Shown: positions 39,562 through 49,609 of the stretch, in pieces | Numbering within the stretch: the stretch's first letter is position 1 | Layout: each line of letters opens with the position of its first letter | From: Gemmatimonadaceae bacterium | GTDB lineage: Bacteria; Gemmatimonadota; Gemmatimonadetes; Gemmatimonadales; Gemmatimonadaceae | NCBI GenBank assembly: GCA_044224875.1 | Contig: JBGAJQ010000006.1 | Span: forward strand, 1-64,000 | DNA length: 64,000 bases | Direction: 5' to 3' | The notes under the pieces: model-generated | Databases searched by the model: none | Seen by the model: the letters and a program-made list of their open reading frames with translations, nothing else | What the model was told of the DNA's origin: nothing | Translations under genes and position numbers: made by a program

Positions 39562-41936
39562 GTGCATTCGTATCGCGTAATCGCGAGCGCGTTGTTGCTC
39601 GCGTTGTGGATTCTTGTCGCCTGTGGCGAGGCGCCGTCGGCCTCAACCGCCGTGGTCACTCCGGCCCCGCCACCGCCGGTTGCCGTGGCGGGTGTGCGCG
39701 TGGTCGCAGATTCCGGCACGCTCGCAGTCGGATCGAGCGGTCAGGTGCGTGCCGTGGCCCTCGACACGCGCTCGAATGAACTTGCCGGCCGGGTTGTGCA
39801 GTGGAGCGTCGACAATGCGAGCGTGCTGTCGGTCTCCACGTCCGGCGTGGTAACCGCTTTGGCGCCGGGCGCGGCGCGGGTGATCGCCACGATCGAAGGT
39901 GTCGTCGGCGATGCCACCGTCGATGTGTTGTCGCCGGTGGCATCGAGCGTCGCTGTCGCGGCCGATTTCCAACGGCTCGCGGTCGGCGGTCATGCTCAGG
40001 CAACGGCCACCGCGCTGGATGCCACCGGTCGCAAGCTTCCGGGCCGCACGGTGCTCTGGACGGTGACACAGGGTGCGTCTGCCGTATCGATTGGCTCAAC
40101 GGGGGTGATCACGGCATTGGCTGAGGGACGGGCGGTGGTCCAAGCGACCATCGATTCTGCATCGGCCAGCCTCACGATCGATGTACTAGCCCTGACCAGC
40201 GCCCCTCGCGCGGTGCAGGTGTCCGTGGATGCCAGTCGCGTGCGCGTGGGTGGGGTGACTCAGGCGAAGGCGATGGTCGTCGATTCCAGCGGCAGCGCCG
40301 TCGGCGGATATCCGGTCACGTGGGATATTGTTGGAACTGCCGGCTTGGCCTCGGTGTCGGCTTCGGGGCTGGTCACGGCGGTTGCCGTCGGTGAGGTGCA
40401 GGTCCGGGCGACTGCGGGCACGGTCTCGGGGACGGCTTCGGTCGCCATCGAAGATGTCCCACTGGACAATGTCGCGCTCCCCGAGTTGCCCCGCGTGCAC
40501 CTGGTCACCACATACCAGCAACCGACTGGGCGGAGCGTCAGAGTTCGAGCTGGCGACGATCTTCAGGCGGCCCTGAACGCGGCCCGCCGAGGCGACGAGC
40601 TGGTGCTGGACGCCGGGGCTGTGTTCCGGGGCAGCTTCGTCCTTCCGCGATTGACCGGGAGCGCGTCGGACGGCTGGGTCATTGTCCGGTCGTCGATGCT
40701 GGGGTCACTCCCGGAAGGCCAGCGTGTCACGCCGGCACAAGTGGCGCTTATGCCGCGCATCGAGACTCGCGATGGCACGCCGGCTCTTTCGACCGCCTTG
40801 GGTGCGAGTGGGTGGCGGCTGGCGGGGCTGAAGTGACGGTCGATCCGCTCTTCTCTTCACAACAGAATGGGCTGCTACTGTTCGGCGACGGCTCGTCGGC
40901 GCAGAGCACACTCAGCAACGTCGCGAGTGATCTCGTGCTCGATCGCTCCTTCGTTCACGGAGCGCCCACCAGCCAGGTGAAGCGATGCGTCGCCTTGAAT
41001 TCCGCCCGCTCGGCGATCATCGACAGCTACCTGTCCGACTGCCACGTGGTGGGCTTCGATAGTCAGGCGATCCTGGGCTGGAATGGACCCGGGCCGTTCA
41101 AGATCGAGAACAACACGCTGATGGGCGCCAGCGAGAACATCATGTTCGGCGGGGCCGACCCGAGCATCCCGGGCCTGGTTCCGGCGGACATCGAAATCCG
41201 CCGGAACTACCTGTACACGCCAGCGAGTTGGCGCGGCGTCTGGCAGAAGAAGAACTTGTTTGAGCTGAAGAATGCAGAACGTGTGCTGCTGGAGTCCAAC
41301 GTGATGGAAGGTTCGTGGGTGGACGGCCAGACCGGGTACGCCATGCAGCTCAAGATCGAGAACCAAAGTGGCCGTTGTACGTGGTGCCGGACGGCAGACG
41401 TGACGGTGCGCGGGAACGAGATTCGCAACGTGGGTGGGGCGTTCAATCTGGCGGGGATGGAGGGTGGGAGCCCGTATCCGGTGACGGAACGGCTGACGCG
41501 CGTCCTCATCGAGCAGAACCTCGTGAGCGACGTGAACGTGGCGCCGTACACGGGTGATGCGCGACTGTTTCTGGTTCAGAACGACGTGCGCGACCTGACC
41601 ATCCGGAACAACACCATTACTAGTGCGGGGAACCTGAATGCCTTCCTGTACCTGGGTCGTGGGTCAGCCACACGGCGGTTCTTCTTCGGACGCAACATCG
41701 TGAGCGTCGGTCAGTACGGATTGTTCGCTGATGCGTTGGGCGAGGGCGTGCCGGCGCTGGCCGCGGTGAGCGAGCGGGTGTCGATGGAGGGTAACGCCGT
41801 GATTGGTCAGGCGCGTCCCGCCTATCCCGGCGGCTTCCTCTTTGTGCCAGATCTGGCGGCGGCCCGCGCGGTGGTCGGAGCGGGGGCGGACGAGGCCAGC
41901 CTGCGGCAAGCGACGACCGGTGTGGTCGTGCGGTAG
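39562..41936 (+). pseudogene. Ig-repeat/beta-helix lipoprotein paralog 1, split by a frameshift at ~40830 (pseudogene or assembly indel)
   Basis: Lipobox LVA-C, 3 Big_2-like repeats; ORFs 39562..40836 and 40812..41936 join into a full match to the two downstream paralogs if one G is restored (GGGCTG-G-AAGTG gives GLEVTV). Confidence 0.8.
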
Positions 41937-42324
41937 CCCGCGTTCCGTCAGCAACAACAACCTAACGATTGATTCGGCGGAGGTCGGGCCCAGTGCCCAC
42001 CGTGCGCGTCGCCGCGCGGTTCAGCCCGCCATTTCGGCGTTTATTTGCTTCCTCTCACGTACTGGGTCGGCGACCTGATCCGTGACACCAGAGGCGGTCA
42101 GAATGCCGTTGAGGTCGACATCTTTGTGCGCCAAGTCACATTGGAACGCTGCAACCCATTGTACTATAGGGATATATGTTACCCCACCCCTAAGGTAATC
42201 GTGACCGATGACGATACCTTAGGGTTGAGAATTCCCGCTGGGTGATCGGTCAGAGTGACAGGTCATCTAACGAAACAATCTACTTCTTGTTTCGGCAGGA
42301 TCGCAGCCCTCGCAGGTGAGGAAA

Positions 42325-42410
42325 GCGACAAAGGCAAACCCGGCGAAAGCCGGCGACGCAAAGCTACGAGGCCTCAATGCACATCGCGTTAGGCTGGTCG
42401 AGCCGCCGAA
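42325..42410 (+). promoter_or_regulatory. c-di-GMP-I (GEMM) riboswitch
   Basis: AGGCAAACCCGGC-GAAA-GCCGGCGACGCAAAGCUAC...GCCU...AGGC...GCCGCCGAA; about 30 nt upstream of ATG 42441. Confidence 0.9.
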
Positions 42411-42440
42411 TAACTCGCATGGCTTTTGGAGGAACTGCGA

Positions 42441-44798
42441 ATGACCGTTCGACGGCCCCTGCACGCGCAGGTGTGCGCCCTTATGGCGATCCTGTCACTC
42501 GCCGCGTGCAGTGACACAAAACCGCTGACCACCAGCCTCGATCCCTCACAGGTCGTGGGCAACGCGTCCGAAATGGAAGTAAACTCTCGGACGGTCGTCG
42601 GTATCCAGAATCAAATCGGACAGCTGAAGATCGGCCTCAAGTGGTATCCCACGTGGGAATCACGCGATTCGACGATTGCGGCCGTCACCGCGTCGGGCGT
42701 GGCGACCGGCGTGCGCGTCGGCGTGACCTATGCCGTCGCCACCAATGCCTTCCGCAAGCAGGACAGCTTGCTCATCACGGTGAACGCGGGAATTCCCGCC
42801 ACTGTGAACGTCGTGCTACCCAAGCCCTCGCTCGCCCCGACGCAAACGATGCAGGCCTCCGCCGTTGCGATTGACGTCAACGGCAAGACCTTGGTCGGGG
42901 CGCCTCTGAAGTGGACCACCTCCAACTCGGCCGTGGCCAAGGTGTCGGCAGCTGGCGTCGTGACAGCGGTCGCGCCGGGCACCGTGTCCATCGGGGCCAC
43001 GAGCTACGGCCTAACCGCCACGGCCGCCATGACCGTGACGGGCACGCCGCCGCCCGTCAGCACCATCACGGTATCGATGTCACCCACGACGCTTAACGTC
43101 GGACAGAGCGCGCAGGCGAGTGCCGTCGCCCGAGACGCTCAAGGAAACGTCCTTCCTGGCGTGGCGTTTACGTGGGGCGTCAGTTCCACGACCATCCTCA
43201 GCACTTCCCAGACAGGAATGATCACTGGTGTGTCGGCCGGCTCCGCGCAGGTGCAGGCGAGCGCCAGCGGCGTCACTGGTGCGGTCGGTGTCTCGGTCTC
43301 CACGTCGCAACCGCCTCCGGGACCCAACGGCCTAACGGTTCCGCCGGTCCTGCCCAAGGTCCTGCTGAACTTCCCGTATACTCCCGCCACGGGGAAGACC
43401 ATCTTCGTTGCGGCTGGCGCCAACCTGCAGACGGCCATCAATTCAGCCCAACGCGGCGACGAAATCGTACTGCAAAGTGGCGCGGTCTTCACTGGCAACT
43501 TCACGCTCCCCGTGAAGTCGGGTTCCGTGGCGAATGGCTGGATCACCATTCGTGGCGACAAGTACAATCTCCTGCCACCGGAAGGGACGCGGGTGACTTC
43601 CGCCAACGCGAGCCTGATGCCGCGCATCCAGACGGCCACGACGGCACCTGCAATCGCGACCGACCTGTCCGCCACGGGCTATCGACTGGTCGGGCTCGAG
43701 ATCACGGTGGCCCCGACGTACACGGGCCCCCAGTACGGTATCGTCTGGTTAGGCGACGGCTCGTCGGCCCAGAACTCCCTGTCGAAAGTGGCGTCGGACC
43801 TCGTGGTTGACCGGAGCTACGTCCACGGGCAGACCAATACCGACGTCTCTCGCTGCATCGCGTTGAACTCCGCCCGCACTCAGATCTCCGACAGTTACAT
43901 CACCGAGTGCCATGGGTACGGGTACGATGCCCAGGCGATCCTCGGCTACAATGGTCCGGGCCCCTACAAGATCGTGAACAACACGCTGATCGGCTCTACC
44001 GAGAACATCATGTTTGGCGGCGCCGATCCATGGATCTCTGGGTTGATCCCCAGCGATATCGAGATTCGTCGCAATTACTTCTATACGCCGGCGTCGTGGA
44101 AGGGGAAGTGGCTCAAGAAGAATGCGTTTGAGCTGAAAGCGGGTCAGCGTATTCTCATGGAAGGAAACGTCTTCGACGGTTCCTGGCAGGATGGGCAGAC
44201 GGGTTGGGCGCTGCTCCTGAAGGTCGAGAACCAGTCGGGCAAGTGCACCTGGTGCACCACGTCCGACCTGACGATCCGGTACAACTACATCCGCAACGCG
44301 GGCGCAGGGATCGCCGTCGCGGGTCGCGAAGGGAACAGCCCACATCCCGTGGGCGCGCTCCTGGCGCGCGTGTCCATCCAGAACAATACGATGGACAACA
44401 TCAATGTCGGACAGTTCGTTGGCGATGCACGGCTCGCGCAGGTTGTCGGCAATCCGTCCGACGTGGAGTTCGTCAATAACACCTTCACGTCGACCGGATA
44501 CCTGGGCACGTTCTTCTTCATGGACCTCTATCCGACGGCCACACGAATGGTGTGGAATCGCAACGCCACCACGCTCGCAACGTATGGCATGCTTGCCACG
44601 GGACGCGGCGAGGGAACCCAGGCGCTTAGTGCCGTCGCCGCCGGATGGCAGTTCAATAACAACTACCTCGTCGGTGCGTCCCGGACTGGGTATCCACCCA
44701 CCACAAACTTCATCAATTCGATCGCGAGCGTGCCGTCCGGATACGGAGCGGACATGGTCACCCTGAACCAGAAGATCGCGGGCGTGATCGTACCGTAG
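42441..44798 (+). CDS. Ig-repeat (3x Big_2-like) lipoprotein with C-terminal parallel beta-helix-like domain, paralog 2
   Basis: GGAGG SD, lipobox LAA-C, WxSS..VAxVS.GxVT repeats; C-domain LQTAINSAQRGDEIVL, Asn-rich NNT/GNVF repeats. Confidence 0.85.
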   Translation: MTVRRPLHAQVCALMAILSLAACSDTKPLTTSLDPSQVVGNASEMEVNSRTVVGIQNQIGQLKIGLKWYPTWESRDSTIAAVTASGVATGVRVGVTYAVATNAFRKQDSLLITVNAGIPATVNVVLPKPSLAPTQTMQASAVAIDVNGKTLVGAPLKWTTSNSAVAKVSAAGVVTAVAPGTVSIGATSYGLTATAAMTVTGTPPPVSTITVSMSPTTLNVGQSAQASAVARDAQGNVLPGVAFTWGVSSTTILSTSQTGMITGVSAGSAQVQASASGVTGAVGVSVSTSQPPPGPNGLTVPPVLPKVLLNFPYTPATGKTIFVAAGANLQTAINSAQRGDEIVLQSGAVFTGNFTLPVKSGSVANGWITIRGDKYNLLPPEGTRVTSANASLMPRIQTATTAPAIATDLSATGYRLVGLEITVAPTYTGPQYGIVWLGDGSSAQNSLSKVASDLVVDRSYVHGQTNTDVSRCIALNSARTQISDSYITECHGYGYDAQAILGYNGPGPYKIVNNTLIGSTENIMFGGADPWISGLIPSDIEIRRNYFYTPASWKGKWLKKNAFELKAGQRILMEGNVFDGSWQDGQTGWALLLKVENQSGKCTWCTTSDLTIRYNYIRNAGAGIAVAGREGNSPHPVGALLARVSIQNNTMDNINVGQFVGDARLAQVVGNPSDVEFVNNTFTSTGYLGTFFFMDLYPTATRMVWNRNATTLATYGMLATGRGEGTQALSAVAAGWQFNNNYLVGASRTGYPPTTNFINSIASVPSGYGADMVTLNQKIAGVIVP

Positions 44799-44822
44799 CG
44801 CGGGCTCTCAGAAGTCCACATC

Positions 44823-44861
44823 GCAGGCCGCCGCGGAGGATCGCGGCGGCCTGCTGCGTTT
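44823..44861 (+). terminator. Probable intrinsic terminator after paralog 2
   Basis: 13-bp perfect stem GCAGGCCGCCGCG/CGCGGCGGCCTGC, weak U tail (TGCGTTT). Confidence 0.6.
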
Positions 44862-45171
44862 GTGGTGGATGAATCGGGCGCCTAACGAGCGTGACGACGA
44901 TCCCACGACGCCACGAGCGCCTTCGACGAGGACGCGGCTCATTCGCTCGGTGCCGCAAAGTGCGGCACCGGCGCTCCAAAGCGACCTGCGTTTTCCGGTC
45001 TCCAACACCCCCAATTCCTGGCCCCATCCGTGACGTGGCACACGCCAGATGCGTGCGGATTGTCATCACCCGCCTGTGCTTCGAAACCGTTGTTACTCAA
45101 CAACTTGAACCTCGTCAAACGCACGAGACCGTACGTGCTGCGTGCGGTCTGCGGCGCCTCGAACGAGGCCC

Positions 45172-45260
45172 GCGAGAAGGGCATAACCGGCGAAAGCCGG
45201 CGACGCAAAGCTCCGAGGCTACCGCGCAAAACATCGCGCCATGTCGGTCGAGCTGCCGAA
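45172..45260 (+). promoter_or_regulatory. c-di-GMP-I (GEMM) riboswitch, second copy
   Basis: GGGCAUAACCGGC-GAAA-GCCGGCGACGCAAAGCUC...GUCGAGCUGCCGAA; about 20 nt upstream of ATG 45280. Confidence 0.87.
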
Positions 45261-45279
45261 CGGTCCTGTTGGAGGTCGC

Positions 45280-48200
45280 ATGTTTTCCTTGTCACACCGC
45301 GCGAAGGCCTTGGTGTTGAGCGGCATGCTGGGAGCTGTCGCTTGCTCGGGCGATCAGAAGTCCACTGTCGCCCCCAAGCCAAACGGGCCCGACCCTGAGA
45401 TCCGGTATGTCGTTTCGATCACACCGAAGCGCGATACCCTTCCGGTCGGGCTCTCTCGTATCCTGTCGGCACGTGTTGCAGACGCTGCTGGCGCCACACA
45501 GAACGTGACGGTCGAATGGTCGTCACTGAATCCCCAAGTCGCCTCGGTTTCGGCTGGTACCGTGACGGCGTTCAGCGCCGGCACGGCGGCCATTGTCGCG
45601 CGGTTCGGGGTTGCCGCTGACACCGCCGAGCTCGTAGTCACAGCCGAAGCGGTCCACCTTCAGTTGTCGCCGAGTGCAATCAGTGCCTCGCTCGGGGACA
45701 CGGTGACCTTCAGTGCCCAGCTGGTGACGGCCAGCGGGAAGGCCATGTCTACGCCGGTGACCAACTGGAGCGCCAGCGACTCTGCGGCGGTGCTCCTCAT
45801 GGACGGCGGTCGTGCCGCGCTGACGAACGTCGGCGATGCGCAGGTGACGGCGCGTGTTGGTGACATGTCGGCGAGCGCCTCGGTCAACGTGTTTGCGTCG
45901 GCGGTTGGCTCGCTTGTGATCTCACCTTCTACGGCATCAATAACCGTCGGAGCCACGTCGGACCTGGACGCCAAGGTCTACGACAAGAACGGCCGTCAAC
46001 TCTACTTCCGCAGCGTGACGTGGACCTCATCGGATGCGAGCATCGCGACGGTCAATGGTAGCGGAACGGTCCGTGGGATCGCTCGCGGCGGCGTGATCAT
46101 CACCGCGACCAGCGGTGGCAAGTCATCGACGGCTACCGTGAACGTCTCCTCACAACCGGCGTCGAGCGTAAGCCTGACGATCTCACCGAATCCGATTGTC
46201 GCGACGGCGAAGGTGCAGGCCGTGGCGACACCAAAGGATGCGAGCGGCAATCCGGTCACCGGTCGCCCCATCGCGTACCAGAGCTCCAATCCGTCGGTCG
46301 CGACTATCGACGCGTCGGGGCTCATTACCGGCATCATCGCGGGTAGCACGAACATCTCGGCCATCTGCGATGGCCATGTCGCCACTGTGAAGTTGAACGT
46401 CGAGGACCAGCACGTTGCGTCGATCGCCATCGTACCTGGGGCCCCGTCGGTGAAACAGGGATCGACCGCGACCCTTGTGGCCGACGTGAAGGATCAGATG
46501 GGCAACGACATGCCGAGTGCGACCGTGAGCTGGTCGTCGCTGAACCCTGCCGTGGCGCCGATTTCCAACGCTGGCGTCTTGAGCGGCATCTCCATTGGAA
46601 CCACATCGGTGAAGGCGACCAGCGGGGCCATTTCGGCCACCGCGACCGTCACGGTGACGTCTCAAGGCGTCGCTTCGGTGTCGCTGACCCCGACTTCCGG
46701 CACCATTCAGTCAACCAAGACTACGCAGTTGTCCGCGACGGCCCTCGACGCCAGTGGTCATCCGATCTCGGGTGCCTCATTCACATGGGACACGGGCAAC
46801 GCCAACGTCGCTACGGTTTCATCGTTAGGTGTCGTCACGGGGCGGAACCCCGGTAGCACGATGATCACCGCGACGTCGTCCGGGAAGTACACGTCGGCTT
46901 CGATCACGGTCACCAGTGTGCCGCCCGCACCCGTGGCGGCCGTGACGGTCACCTTGAACGCCGGATCCTTGAACATCGGGCAGACGACCCAAGCCGTCGC
47001 CACCCTCACGGATGCACAAGGTAACGTACTCACCGGTCGCACCATCACCTGGACGAGCGCGACGCCCAGCGTGGCTACGGTCTCGGCCTCCGGCCTGGTC
47101 ACGGCCGTTGCTCCCGGAACGGCATCGATCACGGCGACTTCTGAAGGCATCGCCGGGAACGCGTCGGTGACCGTGAACACGCCGCCGGTTTCCCCAGTCG
47201 CGTCGGTCACCGTTTCGGCGGCATCCACCACGCTACAGGTTGGGCAGTCGTCGCAGCTCACGGTGGTGCTCAAGGACGCGCAGGGGCAGGTGCTGAGCGG
47301 TCGGAGCATCGCCTACGCCAGCTCGAACACCGCGGTGGCGACAGTTTCAGCGTCTGGCCTCGTCAGCGGTTTGGCGGCGGGATCGGCGACGATGAGTGTG
47401 ACCAGCGAGGGTGTCACCGGTACACTGGCAATGACGGTGCAGTCATCGGCACCGCCGCCACCGACCGCGTACTCCGTCACCGTGACGGTCAACGCGGGTT
47501 CGTTGCAGGTCGGTCAGACCACACAGGCCACCGCCGTGGTGAAGGATGCGTCCGGAAACGTCATTCCAGGCGCAACGGTCACGTGGGCCACGTCAAATCC
47601 GGCGGTCGCGACCGTAAACAGCTCCGGCCTCGTGTCGGCGGTTGGTGCCGGCATCGTCGCGATTTCTGCCAGCACGTCCGGGCTCACGGGGAGTGCCGCG
47701 GTGAGCGTGACGGCCCCGCCGCCGGTCGTGTCTACGGTCACCGTGACAATGTCGTCCTCAACGCTCAACGTGGGACAGAGCCTGCAGGCGACCGCGGTGG
47801 CGAAGGATGCCAGCGGCAACCTGATGAGTGGCGTAACCTTCACCTGGTCCGTCAGCTCCACTAGCGTACTCGGTGTGTCGGCCTCCGGTCTGGTGACCGG
47901 TGTTGCCAACGGTACGGCGCAGGTGAAGGCCACCGCGTCCGGAGTGACAGGTTCGCTCTCCGTCACGGTACAGTCGCCAGCGCCGCCACCAGGACCGAAC
48001 GGCCTGACGGCGCCTCCGGCCCTGCCGCAGGTGTACCTGAACTTCCCGTACACGCCGGCGACCGGCAGCACCATCTACGTCGCCGCGGGTGCCAATCTCC
48101 AGAACGCGATCAACTCGGCACAGCGCGGCGATGAAATCGTCCTGCAAGCTGGGGCGACCTTCACCGGCAACTTCACGCTACCGCTCAAGTCGGGCCCCTT

Positions 48201-49470
48201 GTCGAACGGATGGGTGACCATCCGGGGCGACAAGTTCAACCTGTTGCCAGCGGAAGGCACGCGCGTTACGTCCGCGAATGCCAGCTTGATGCCCAAGATC
48301 GTCACGAACAACTCGGCTCCAGCCTTGGCCACGCAGCTGAGCGCGAGCGGCTATCGGCTCGTCGGCTTGGAGGTCACCATCTCCGCCGCGTACACGGGGC
48401 CCCAGTACGGCATCGTCTGGTTAGGCGATGGGTCGTCAGCGCAGAACACCCTGGCCAAGGTGGCCACGGACCTGGTGCTCGACCGCATGTACATCCACGG
48501 TCAGACCGGAAGCGACGTCTCGCGTTGCGTTGCGCTGAACTCGGCGCGAACGGCGATCACCGACAGCTACCTGTCGGAGTGTCACGGGAAGGGGTACGAC
48601 GCGCAGGCAATTCTCGGATACAATGGTCCGGGCCCGTACAAGATTGTCAACAATACGTTGATCGGGTCCACGGAGAACGTGATGTTCGGTGGCGCGGATC
48701 CGTGGCTTCCGAACAACATCCCGAGCGACATCGAGATCCGGCAGAACTACTTCTACACGCCGCCATCGTGGAAGGGCGTGTGGCTCAAGAAGAACTTGTT
48801 TGAGCTGAAGGCTGGGCAGCGCATCCTGGTCGAAGGCAACGTCTTCGACGGGTCGTGGCAGGATGGGCAAACGGGTTGGGCGCTGCACCTCAAGGTGGAG
48901 AACCAGTCCGGTGGATGCACATGGTGCACGACGTCTGACCTGACGATTCGCTACAACCTCATCCGGAACGCCGGAGGCGGCATTGCGATCGCCGGTCGCG
49001 AGGGGAACAGCCCGTACCCCGCCACGCACCTGCTGGCTCGTGCCTCGGTGCAGAACAACATCGTGGAGAACATCAACGTCGGTCAGTTCACCGGCGACAA
49101 TCGACTGGCCCAGGTTCTTGGCAACCCATCGGACGTGGAGTTTGTGAACAACACCATGACCTCGACGGGCTACCTTGGCACCTTCCTCTTCATGGACCTG
49201 TATCCCACCGCCACACGGCTGGTGTGGAACCGGAACGTCAGCTCCATCGCCACCTACGGCATGCTGGCGACTGGTCGTGGCGAGGGAACACCTGCTCTGG
49301 CCGCAGTAGCTGGCGGCTGGCAGTTCAACAACAACTATCTCATCGGGAGTGCGCGGTCCAACTATCCCGCGACGACCACGTTCGTGTCATCGATCTCCGG
49401 CGTACCGGCCGGGTATGGCGCGGACCAAGCGACCGTGAATGCAAAGACTGCTGGCGTGATTATCCCGTAG
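45280..49470 (+). CDS. Large Ig-repeat (10x Big_2-like) lipoprotein with C-terminal beta-helix-like domain, paralog 3
   Basis: GGAGG SD at 45271, lipobox AVA-C, ten ~80-aa repeats, C-terminal ~490 aa closely similar to paralog 2. Confidence 0.88.
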   Translation: MFSLSHRAKALVLSGMLGAVACSGDQKSTVAPKPNGPDPEIRYVVSITPKRDTLPVGLSRILSARVADAAGATQNVTVEWSSLNPQVASVSAGTVTAFSAGTAAIVARFGVAADTAELVVTAEAVHLQLSPSAISASLGDTVTFSAQLVTASGKAMSTPVTNWSASDSAAVLLMDGGRAALTNVGDAQVTARVGDMSASASVNVFASAVGSLVISPSTASITVGATSDLDAKVYDKNGRQLYFRSVTWTSSDASIATVNGSGTVRGIARGGVIITATSGGKSSTATVNVSSQPASSVSLTISPNPIVATAKVQAVATPKDASGNPVTGRPIAYQSSNPSVATIDASGLITGIIAGSTNISAICDGHVATVKLNVEDQHVASIAIVPGAPSVKQGSTATLVADVKDQMGNDMPSATVSWSSLNPAVAPISNAGVLSGISIGTTSVKATSGAISATATVTVTSQGVASVSLTPTSGTIQSTKTTQLSATALDASGHPISGASFTWDTGNANVATVSSLGVVTGRNPGSTMITATSSGKYTSASITVTSVPPAPVAAVTVTLNAGSLNIGQTTQAVATLTDAQGNVLTGRTITWTSATPSVATVSASGLVTAVAPGTASITATSEGIAGNASVTVNTPPVSPVASVTVSAASTTLQVGQSSQLTVVLKDAQGQVLSGRSIAYASSNTAVATVSASGLVSGLAAGSATMSVTSEGVTGTLAMTVQSSAPPPPTAYSVTVTVNAGSLQVGQTTQATAVVKDASGNVIPGATVTWATSNPAVATVNSSGLVSAVGAGIVAISASTSGLTGSAAVSVTAPPPVVSTVTVTMSSSTLNVGQSLQATAVAKDASGNLMSGVTFTWSVSSTSVLGVSASGLVTGVANGTAQVKATASGVTGSLSVTVQSPAPPPGPNGLTAPPALPQVYLNFPYTPATGSTIYVAAGANLQNAINSAQRGDEIVLQAGATFTGNFTLPLKSGPLSNGWVTIRGDKFNLLPAEGTRVTSANASLMPKIVTNNSAPALATQLSASGYRLVGLEVTISAAYTGPQYGIVWLGDGSSAQNTLAKVATDLVLDRMYIHGQTGSDVSRCVALNSARTAITDSYLSECHGKGYDAQAILGYNGPGPYKIVNNTLIGSTENVMFGGADPWLPNNIPSDIEIRQNYFYTPPSWKGVWLKKNLFELKAGQRILVEGNVFDGSWQDGQTGWALHLKVENQSGGCTWCTTSDLTIRYNLIRNAGGGIAIAGREGNSPYPATHLLARASVQNNIVENINVGQFTGDNRLAQVLGNPSDVEFVNNTMTSTGYLGTFLFMDLYPTATRLVWNRNVSSIATYGMLATGRGEGTPALAAVAGGWQFNNNYLIGSARSNYPATTTFVSSISGVPAGYGADQATVNAKTAGVIIP
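45409..47970 (+). repeat. Ten tandem degenerate Ig-like (Big_2) coding repeats
   Basis: Recurrent VxSVxV...GQT.Q..A...DAxGN...TW.SSN..VATV..SGLVT...G...ITAT pattern; counted by eye. Confidence 0.85.
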
Positions 49471-49491
49471 TCGGAGTTGGGGAGGGACTCC

Positions 49492-49532
49492 AGGCGGCGG
49501 TGGTGCTGAGGCACTGCCGCCGTCTGTTGTTT
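49492..49532 (+). terminator. Intrinsic terminator between convergent paralog 3 and asnB2
   Basis: Stem AGGCGGCGGTGGTGC/GCACTGCCGCCGTCT (with G-U pairs), loop TGAG, tail GTTGTTT. Confidence 0.65.
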
Positions 49533-49609
49533 CGGGCGCCGCATTCCTGTCGCAGTGCCGTTGCGATTCCAACGCGCCTCACCATTCGGTCATCGCGGCG
49601 AAGCGTACG

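Noticed and set aside
45036..45053. TGGCACACGCCAGATGC as a sigma-54 promoter
   Set aside because: GG-to-GC spacing is 12, not the required 10
42325..45260. Riboswitches as the cGAMP-sensing (GEMM-Ib) variant
   Set aside because: Both have G at the G20-equivalent position, consistent with c-di-GMP
45409..47970. Repetitive region as a possible CRISPR array or DNA tandem repeat
   Set aside because: Repeats are degenerate at DNA level and explained by Ig-like protein domains; no identical repeats with spacers and no cas genes
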